Shown in pieces: positions 6,717 through 13,223 of a stretch of DNA of 13,223 nt (position 1 is the first letter of the stretch; each line of letters starts with the position of its first letter). The notes under the pieces were generated by a model. That model was not told the DNA's origin, searched no databases, and saw nothing but the letters and a program-made list of their open reading frames with translations. This DNA comes from Candidatus Heimdallarchaeota archaeon B3_Heim (GTDB lineage: Archaea; Asgardarchaeota; Heimdallarchaeia; Hodarchaeales; Hodarchaeaceae), in NCBI GenBank assembly GCA_003144275.1, contig NJBF01000066.1:1-13223 (forward strand). Reading direction: 5' to 3'. Position numbers and translations under genes: made by a program.

Positions 6717-7829
6717 TTATTTTTGTATATTTACCATAGCGTTCTTAGTAGCATGAAGGGGTTCATCCACCATATATTCTTGAGATGCTTTCCATTTTTC
6801 ACTTGTGAAATCAAAATTTTCTGGATAAAAACAATAAAGCATAGACCCCTGTGTTTTTGTATCAAGTACATGGATTTTTAAGTTAGGGATATTTTGCCAG
6901 CAAGCATAGGTAAAATCAGAGGCTTGTCCTGGACTCATCGTTATCCAAATGAGAATTTTATTGTCTTTTAGTATGTCAAGAGACAGGAAGAAAGGAGGTG
7001 CATCCTTTTTTATACCATTATACAATCGTGCTTGTCTAAGGAGATCAACTTCTGACCCAAAAGCAATAATTGTTTCAGTAAGGTCAAAAATCTTTCTATC
7101 ATACATAAATCTAATTGCCCCGACATATTTCTCTTTCACAATTGGATATTCAGTCTCGACTACTTCTCTATTTAGGCCTGTCTTGTCACTAAGTTCGTCT
7201 ATTGATAGTGAGGCATTCTCTGTTAAAACTTCAAGGATTTTACCTTGGGCAGGTGTAAATTCTGAGAGATTTCTTCTTGTCTCTAAAGGAGATGGTAGAC
7301 GTGGAGGATCTACTTCAAGGGTTGCGAACCAAATTGGCCAAATAAAACTCCAACTTGATGTCCCCGCGTTATATTTCTCTAGATTTGGATAGGATTCAGT
7401 TCTAACTCCGTTACTTTCTGAAATTTCAAACGAAGTAATTATTTTCTTTTCTACCAACGTTTCAAATAACATCTCAATATATTTTCTTGTACCAATCGGA
7501 ATATCAAACTGAATAAATACCCCAATATTTCCCCCAAAAATTCTTGTCCTAAAGTGTGTATAAGGATGAGCAGTACATAATTCTTCCATCACTTCCAAGC
7601 AAGAATGATCGGGAAGAACTGTAATAACATGAATACGTTGTAAACCTAAAGATTCAGGATTAAAGATTGCGACCGGATTTTTAATGACCCCTTTCGCTTT
7701 CAAAAGATCATATCTTTCAGTTGCTTCAGATTCTGGGACTTTAATTTGGCGAGAGAGCTCACTTATCGACATGAAAGGGTTCTGATTTAGCGCTAAAAGG
7801 ATCGCAAAATCTTCAAATTTGAGCTCCAT
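6717..7829 (-). CDS. Tandem (internally duplicated) Lrp/AsnC-type transcriptional regulator (370 aa)
   Basis: Two HTH segments: DFAILLALNQNPFMSISELSRQI and QGKILEVLTENASLSIDELSDKTG. Each half ends in a similar motif (YPNLEKYNAGTSSW / YPENFDFTSEKW). Confidence 0.8.
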   Translation of the reverse strand: MELKFEDFAILLALNQNPFMSISELSRQIKVPESEATERYDLLKAKGVIKNPVAIFNPESLGLQRIHVITVLPDHSCLEVMEELCTAHPYTHFRTRIFGGNIGVFIQFDIPIGTRKYIEMLFETLVEKKIITSFEISESNGVRTESYPNLEKYNAGTSSWSFIWPIWFATLEVDPPRLPSPLETRRNLSEFTPAQGKILEVLTENASLSIDELSDKTGLNREVVETEYPIVKEKYVGAIRFMYDRKIFDLTETIIAFGSEVDLLRQARLYNGIKKDAPPFFLSLDILKDNKILIWITMSPGQASDFTYACWQNIPNLKIHVLDTKTQGSMLYCFYPENFDFTSEKWKASQEYMVDEPLHATKNAMVNIQK

Positions 7830-8074
7830 TCATTTTCACATTTAAGCTTGTGCTCCAAAGTATATTGAAGAAGTACTCTCATATCATATTTTATATACAT
7901 GTCCGAGGAGAATTTCTCTAGGACGTCTTATATAGTGGTAGCTGCAATTAATTCAGTTATACGCTGAATGCATCCCCCTAGTTCTTAGAAATATAATTTC
8001 AAGTCATTAAAATTAACCATTAGAAAGACAAAAAGAAAAGACTCCCTGCCAACCCATCATTTCTCCAAGGTATT

Positions 8075-9676
8075 TTATTCGAGTCTATCCAGATGTCTAA
8101 CTCCAATGTAGAGGAATATAAGACCTAAAGTCATAGCAAAAATAACCACGATACCCATTATGTAATAGAAAGAGTCGATAATGCGGAATGTATCGTATAG
8201 AAATTGATCCAAAACTATTAGGCCAAAGAAAAATGGGATCATGATTAAAAATATGATGACTTGCATATTGACCATATATTCTGGAGCTTTATCGTGAAAT
8301 GCTGGATTACGTAGAAATAAACCAGTGGAAAACAGGGTTAAACTTGTAGCCATAATTACCTGAAAGATCATATTGAAAAGAAGCTCATGTAGTTGAATAT
8401 TTGGAACTAGGAGAGAAACAACTCCTCCTATTACGACTGCTATGGGAAGGATGATTAAGAAATAATGACCTAACTTGCCTTTCACAAAGGAAAAAGTAGT
8501 TGTCGGAGTGTGTTTGTATAACAGTAAGCTATCTTTTCCCTGTAAACCAATTTCTCCTGCAACAAAAGCAGCTAAAAGAGGAGTAATCATGATTGTACTA
8601 ACTATCGCACTTTCTACATCTTCAGGCTGCATAAGAAAGATATTCATTGCTGCTACCAGTGCAATGACGTACAAGAGCATTGTCAAGTTTCTGACCGTAC
8701 GAGTGTATCCTTTCCAGCTAGCAGTAACCAATACTGCAAATGATCCATTACCAAGTAATTTAGACAAGAATCGATAAAACATTCTATCTGGTTTAGCTTT
8801 GGCCGCTGAGAATGATTTTAATTCAAGGCTATATAATCGATTAGCAAATACTATTCCTGTGATAAAAACGACAATAGTAAAGGTGATCAGTAAGATTACT
8901 TGAATGGAAGTTGTAGGATTAATTCCAGTTAGATTACCTGGTGATCGAGCAAATTCAATAATGATTTCTGCACCCCAGGAACTCGGGAAAAACTTTAACA
9001 AGTCTCCAAACCATTTGCTCTTTTCTGGGTCAAGAAGAAAATCAAAGTAGCCACCCAGCGCGGCATACATAAGAACAACTAAAGGAATGATTATTAAAAA
9101 GGCCACACCCTTACCAATATCACGGCCTCTAGCATTTTTCATGAGAAATGATCTGACAAGCACCGCTGTGACATTACCAATCCAAGTGGACGTTAAAAAA
9201 GTAAGAATGAATATTCCGAGAATAATTAGTACTTGAATCACACTTATGCCTAATGGAATCAATGCAATAGTGAAAAAACTTCCAATAATTATGGCGAAAG
9301 TTGCATAAAAAGGCATTTTACCAAGAAATTCTCCAAAGAGAAGATTTCCAGGACTGATGGGAGTAGAAAACAAATTTTCAAAATGATGATCTCGAATATC
9401 TTGGAGTATACTCATCATGGGTAATACAAAGAATATTAAGGAGCAAAAGAACAGTATAAACTGGACTAGAACAACTGCAACAAGGGAAAATAAGTATTTA
9501 TCCATTTCTGAAAGTAGTGACTCTGCTAGTGAGGGTCCCAAGTAAAAAATCCAGAAAATTAACCCCCCACCAAGAATAAAAGGGAGAATTGGACGGAATT
9601 GTCTAAAGCGGCTCGTTATCATGCGATAATCAGCTTTAGCAACAGTCCACCATTGAAACGAGATCATTCTGATCAT
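8075..9676 (-). CDS. ABC exporter permease, about 12 TM, two ABC-2-like halves (533 aa)
   Basis: About 12 hydrophobic segments; repeated cytoplasmic motif LFSTPISPGNLLFGEFLG / LYKHTPTTTFSFVKGKLG; directly downstream of an ABC ATPase. Confidence 0.85.
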   Translation of the reverse strand: MIRMISFQWWTVAKADYRMITSRFRQFRPILPFILGGGLIFWIFYLGPSLAESLLSEMDKYLFSLVAVVLVQFILFFCSLIFFVLPMMSILQDIRDHHFENLFSTPISPGNLLFGEFLGKMPFYATFAIIIGSFFTIALIPLGISVIQVLIILGIFILTFLTSTWIGNVTAVLVRSFLMKNARGRDIGKGVAFLIIIPLVVLMYAALGGYFDFLLDPEKSKWFGDLLKFFPSSWGAEIIIEFARSPGNLTGINPTTSIQVILLITFTIVVFITGIVFANRLYSLELKSFSAAKAKPDRMFYRFLSKLLGNGSFAVLVTASWKGYTRTVRNLTMLLYVIALVAAMNIFLMQPEDVESAIVSTIMITPLLAAFVAGEIGLQGKDSLLLYKHTPTTTFSFVKGKLGHYFLIILPIAVVIGGVVSLLVPNIQLHELLFNMIFQVIMATSLTLFSTGLFLRNPAFHDKAPEYMVNMQVIIFLIMIPFFFGLIVLDQFLYDTFRIIDSFYYIMGIVVIFAMTLGLIFLYIGVRHLDRLE

Positions 9677-10464
9677 GCCCTCCAGGGGGATATACTTGAA
9701 CTAGGGACTCCACCAGTAATTGCGATAAATGCCTCTTCAAGTGTACGTGTTTGAGTCTGATCTTTGATATCTGAAATTGTTCCTAGCGCTATTAACTATC
9801 CATTGTGGATAATACCAATCCTGTCACATAATTCGTCAACAACTGAAAGTCTGTGGCTACTGACAAGAATTGTTTTTCCACGGTTTGACATATCTTTGAC
9901 TAATTGTTTAACAGTACGCGCAGCTCGTGGATCAAGACCTGCAGTAGGTTCATCCAAAAAGATCACCTCTGGATCATGGATAATGGCAGAGGCTAATAAT
10001 ACTTTTTGACGCATACCTGTGCTAAATCCTTCTATAAGATCATTTTGTCTATCTAAAAGATCAAAGAAAGTCAATAATTCATTTATGCGCATTTTTAACT
10101 CAGATTTGTGAATGCCGTAAAGAGAACCCATGAACTCGAGAAACTCATAAGCTGAAAGTTTTGCATAGACTCCAGGCGATTCGGCAAGGAGGCCAGATAT
10201 TGATTTTACTTGTTGAGAATCTGTGAGGATATCATATCCATTTATATTGGCTGTACCATTTGTTGGTTTGATAAGCCCATTTAACAAGCGAAGTGTGGTC
10301 GTTTTTCCAGCGCCATTAGGTCCAAGTAATCCGAAGGTTTCTCCTTGATTAATAGTTAAGCATAGATCGTCAACCGCTCTTATTTTTCCTTTCGAATAAA
10401 ATTTAGAAAGATTAGTTATTTGTATTAAACCGTTTGACCTATTTGATGTTTTTTCTGTTTTCAT
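9673..10464 (-). CDS. ABC transporter ATP-binding protein (263 codons) interrupted by one in-frame TAG at 9796-9798
   Basis: Walker A GPNGAGKT, signature FSTGMRQK, Walker B IFLDEP, H-loop SSH; GGTGA SD upstream. After IIHNG-TAG the frame continues LIALGTISDIKDQTQTRTLEEAFIAITGG...PWRA-TGA, and that TGA overlaps the permease ATG (ATGA, 9673-9676). Confidence 0.88.
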
Positions 10465-10472
10465 TATTATAT

Positions 10473-10477
10473 CACCT
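10473..10477 (-). promoter_or_regulatory. Shine-Dalgarno GGTGA for the ABC ATPase
   Basis: Minus strand AAAGGTGATATAATA-ATG. Confidence 0.65.
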
Positions 10478-10489
10478 TTGAATATTTGT

Positions 10490-10882
10490 TTATTTTAATC
10501 GTGACCCACAAGTAGCGCAAAAAAAATCTGATCGATCGACCAATGAACCACAATTGAGACAATATTCGTATTTATTTTGAGGTTGATTTTCCCAAGTGGG
10601 TTGTAACGATTGGGATGGTCGTGAAACGTATCTAACTTGTTTTCCTGTATCAGAACTGGTTTGTTTTGACTCTAGAAATACAAACATAGGAATAAAGGAT
10701 GCAATGAAGATAATAATTCCTAGAACAACAAAAACCATATTGAAAGACATTCCGTTTAATAACGGAAATGCAACTAAGGCTAACGTCAGAAATAACAGAA
10801 GAAAGCTGCTAACAATGAAAGCAATTAAATTCGGTTTCTGACCTTTCTGACTAGGAGGGATATAAGGGATGATAGGTATCAT
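10490..10882 (-). CDS. Two-TM membrane protein with a C-terminal zinc ribbon (~130 aa; alternative TTG start at 10936)
   Basis: Two hydrophobic segments, S/Q/P-rich linker, YCLNCG-x8-CATCG. The ATG at 10882 is preceded by GGTG; 25-nt gap to the ABC ATPase start. Confidence 0.8.
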   Translation of the reverse strand: MIPIIPYIPPSQKGQKPNLIAFIVSSFLLLFLTLALVAFPLLNGMSFNMVFVVLGIIIFIASFIPMFVFLESKQTSSDTGKQVRYVSRPSQSLQPTWENQPQNKYEYCLNCGSLVDRSDFFCATCGSRLK

Positions 10883-11157
10883 TAATTTTACACCAATTTC
10901 ATTTTTTGTAGGTTGATGATTGACATTATTTGTCAATTACTATATTTTGGTAACATGTTTAAATATTCTTCGATTGTGGAAAAAATCCCCGAAATGGACT
11001 GTCACTACTTATTTGTCGAAAAGTCAAAGATTTTAACTGTAATCCATAAGAAATTTGTACCTTTCGCTCAAATAATGATACTCTTGGAGAATTTGGCTAG
11101 TAAATTGCACAAATGATTCAATGTTATGATATTTAGATATTTCATCTCACCAGAAGG

Positions 11158-11199
11158 TTTAAAAGGAAATTGGTAATTAACTAATTATAGTAATATTAC
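11158..11199 (+). promoter_or_regulatory. TATA-like box followed by palindromic putative operator
   Basis: TTTAAAA (11158-11164), TAATTA-AC-TAATTA (11174-11187) and the perfect palindrome GTAATATTAC (11190-11199), upstream of the HTH gene. AT-rich DNA makes chance palindromes likely. Confidence 0.3.
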
Positions 11200-11221
11200 A
11201 TTCGAAAGGAATGGACTTCAA

Positions 11222-11758
11222 TTGAAAAAGCTCTCAGATAGTGAAAAGATAGTGATTCGAGAGATATTTAGAAGACCATCCATTACATTGAATGAATTGG
11301 CAGAAGTTCTAGAGAACGCTGAAAATCGCCAAGTACGTAAACCTAACAAAGCTGTTGACTTACGATCTGTATCTAAATTTAAATCTATCGGGTATAAAAA
11401 GATTAGAGAAGGATTGTTAAAACTGGCTACTGATTTTCGGCTAGATCTTTCATTACAAGAAGATACTGCTGAAGGTAAAAAAGAAGAAGAACAAGTAAAT
11501 GAGATATTGCTCAGGAATGGAATTCTGAAAGGATTTGATTTTCGCGTCAATGCCATGGTGTACCTTTTATTTATCCTCAAAGAACAATCAATTCTTCCTT
11601 GGCAAGCACATCATTGTAGACCGCAGTGTGAGACTGAGTGTAAGAATATTCTTGATTCTTTTCGCGGTGAACATGGTTTACCTTCTCCAAATATACAATT
11701 AGAAGTTCTTGATCTTATAGAAATTACTATAAAAGAAATTATTGCACGAGAAAAGTGA
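11222..11758 (+). CDS. Putative winged-HTH regulator with a C-terminal HH-CX3CX3C motif (178 aa)
   Basis: LSDSEKIVIREIFRRPSITLNELAEVLE is HTH-like; HHCRPQCETEC (Cys132/136/140); TTG start; 6-nt gap to the next gene. Confidence 0.65.
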   Translation: MKKLSDSEKIVIREIFRRPSITLNELAEVLENAENRQVRKPNKAVDLRSVSKFKSIGYKKIREGLLKLATDFRLDLSLQEDTAEGKKEEEQVNEILLRNGILKGFDFRVNAMVYLLFILKEQSILPWQAHHCRPQCETECKNILDSFRGEHGLPSPNIQLEVLDLIEITIKEIIAREK

Positions 11759-11764
11759 TTAAAA

Positions 11765-12526
11765 ATGAATGATCTCCCTCATATTATTGGATCGGATATT
11801 CCAGCGTCCCCACCTGAGAAACCACGTATAATACGTCCTAGCAGAAACTTTCTGTACAAGAATTATTTTTTGTTTCTTCTGACAGCAGTGGTGTTCATTG
11901 GTGCAATGATCATATTTTTATTGTTTGTTAATACATGGATCGGTAGCTCTAGAGGGCCAACGGTCCAACAACAGTTGACTGACATGTATGTCCTCCTTTC
12001 GGTAGGATTTACTGTTTTATGGTTGATAGCGTTTGTTATTTATGGAATTGGAATGTACATCTATGTTAAACAAATGGTCTTCATTGTACATGGGAGTGAG
12101 ATTGTTGTGAAAAAAGGATTAATTAATAAGACTGAGAAGCATGTTCCCTATCGGACTGTAACTCATATTAGTATGCGATCAGGCCCTTTCGATCGGTTAT
12201 TTAATATTGGTACCGTGGAGGTTCAAACGGCTGGAGGTTCTAGTTCATCTCTAGAATCAATGGCTGAAGAAAAGCTAGAAGGGATTGTTATATATCGTGA
12301 AGTCCGTGATTATATCTTAACCCAACTTCGTTTGTTCCAACAACAGGAAAAGAAAGATTCGACTCTTGTTACTGGTGTACAAGATTTATCTTCAGGATTG
12401 AGAGAGGACGCTCTTTTAGGAACCCTTCAGGATATTAAAACTATCTTATCTGGAAAATTTCAAATCATTGAAGATAAACTCGCAGAGATTTCTAAAGAAT
12501 TGAAGGATCTTCACAAACCGTTCTGA
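11765..12526 (+). CDS. Membrane protein with a bacterial PH domain (bPH_2, YdbS-like) and a C-terminal helical tail (253 aa)
   Basis: Two TM segments, then VKKGLINKTEKHVPYRTVTHISMRSGPFDRLFNIGTVEVQTAGG, typical of bPH_2; amphipathic C-terminus. Confidence 0.85.
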   Translation: MNDLPHIIGSDIPASPPEKPRIIRPSRNFLYKNYFLFLLTAVVFIGAMIIFLLFVNTWIGSSRGPTVQQQLTDMYVLLSVGFTVLWLIAFVIYGIGMYIYVKQMVFIVHGSEIVVKKGLINKTEKHVPYRTVTHISMRSGPFDRLFNIGTVEVQTAGGSSSSLESMAEEKLEGIVIYREVRDYILTQLRLFQQQEKKDSTLVTGVQDLSSGLREDALLGTLQDIKTILSGKFQIIEDKLAEISKELKDLHKPF

Positions 12527-12568
12527 ATTGTGGAAATTCGAAAGAATTCATGATAATTTAAAAGAAAT

Positions 12569-13223
12569 TTAGTGGATGATCATTTTTAAGGGGAATAAGA
12601 GCTCAAAGCTATTTCCTTTAGGGTCTAGCGGAGTAATTTTCAAAGATCCATCGTAGTACTTCATGATAACAGAGGCAAGAGCAATAGGAAGATAATGTCC
12701 TCTAGATACCCACTTCTCTGTAATAGTTGAAATTAATTCAGTGCTTAAAAGCTCGGATATTGGCTGTGAATTAGTATCACGGATACGGATACAAAGATTC
12801 GAGGAGAGAATCGAGGCATCGATAAGAATGGAAGGGTCTGAATGATCAGAATCTAGCACACTAGATCTAGTACTCACAATAAACCGTAATAACTCGGAAA
12901 ACACGTCGAAAAGATTATTATCCGCCTCTAGTACAATGCTTGAAAGAATTGATTCTTGAATCTCAATTTGTTCGAGATAAGAGGATGGAATAAAATTATT
13001 TATGGCGTCATTAATTAATTTAAGAACTTTTAGTTGTTCGGTCTCTCCTGGGGTCTCTGATTGAAGCACAGCAAAAATTTTATTAACTAATTCAATATTT
13101 CGAGAAGAATAATTGACAATCTCCATTAATTGTAAGACCATTTCTTGATCAAATTCTTCTGTAGCATTATGTTTATGAACTAACGTATCTAAGCCAAAAA
13201 GGATTTTCTGTAGATCATTGTTA
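12569..13223 (-). CDS. Histidine-kinase-like protein, 5' partial (runs off the window), with a degenerate HATPase domain
   Basis: The frame is open from 13222: NNDLQKILFGLDTL...EMVLQLMEIVNYSSRNIELVNKIF (HisKA-like, H-box expected just outside the window), followed by an HATPase-like layout ending GSLKITPLDPKGNSFELLFP, but N, G1 and G2 boxes are altered. Confidence 0.7.
   Translation of the reverse strand, partial: NNDLQKILFGLDTLVHKHNATEEFDQEMVLQLMEIVNYSSRNIELVNKIFAVLQSETPGETEQLKVLKLINDAINNFIPSSYLEQIEIQESILSSIVLEADNNLFDVFSELLRFIVSTRSSVLDSDHSDPSILIDASILSSNLCIRIRDTNSQPISELLSTELISTITEKWVSRGHYLPIALASVIMKYYDGSLKITPLDPKGNSFELLFPLKMIIH

Noticed and set aside
5303-7392. Plus-strand ORFs 5303..5500, 6681..6881 and 6949..7392
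   Set aside because: Antisense shadows of the kinase and Lrp genes.
9694-9742. 7-bp inverted repeat (ACTTGAA / TTCAAGT) downstream of the in-frame TAG as a PYLIS-like recoding hairpin
   Set aside because: Short stem with a 35-nt loop starting ~55 nt after the codon; not distinguishable from chance without folding and conservation analysis, and Pyl insertion does not strictly need such an element.
9796-10464. ORF-track call of a 222-aa ATPase ending at TAG
   Set aside because: It omits the conserved C-terminal segment and leaves an unexplained gap; the in-frame extension ends in an ATGA overlap with the permease.
8475-10841. Plus-strand ORFs 8475..8777, 9764..10009 and 10596..10841
   Set aside because: Antisense shadows of the ABC operon; 9764..10009 is the typical reverse-frame pattern of ABC ATPases.
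10913-11116. 67-aa plus-strand ORF in the divergent intergenic region
   Set aside because: No recognisable motif or SD, and the region is needed for two promoters; a small protein cannot be fully excluded.
11218-11580. 120-aa minus-strand ORF
   Set aside because: Antisense shadow of the HTH gene.
1-13223. CRISPR arrays, tRNA/rRNA genes, transposases, long terminal repeats
   Set aside because: No regularly spaced repeats, cloverleaf-like or rRNA-like segments, or transposase motifs were recognised by eye; tRNAscan-SE and a self dot plot would confirm.

Overview
The window has two compositionally distinct parts. Bases ~1-500 are about 49% GC (hand count 237/480) and look like animal genomic DNA: GT-AG splice signals flank a 178-nt exon (267-444) with a high GC3, encoding a SnoaL/DUF4440 (NTF2-like) N-terminus. 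This is most likely a chimeric or contaminant contig end. From ~501 the sequence is AT-rich (about one third GC in sampled lines), gene-dense and archaeal in style (GGTGA Shine-Dalgarno, TATA-like boxes, oligo-T tracts). An Asgard archaeon is inferred from a longin-like domain and tandem Lrp-type regulator. This part encodes a 7TM protein fused to a longin-like domain, two paralogous convergent PAS-PAS histidine kinases, an alpha/beta hydrolase, a rubredoxin-like/DUF2231-like fusion, a small Zn-ribbon protein, a tandem Lrp/AsnC regulator, a Zn-ribbon/ABC ATPase/permease operon, a divergent HTH(Cys3)/bPH_2 operon, and a partial histidine-kinase-like gene with degenerate ATP-binding motifs. No receiver domain was seen. 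The ABC ATPase has one in-frame TAG (9796-9798) where Lys/Arg is usual; the frame continues 40 codons through a conserved C-terminal motif and ends in an ATGA overlap with the permease start (amber readthrough/pyrrolysine, nonsense allele, or base-call error). No rRNA, tRNA, CRISPR array or mobile element was recognised.
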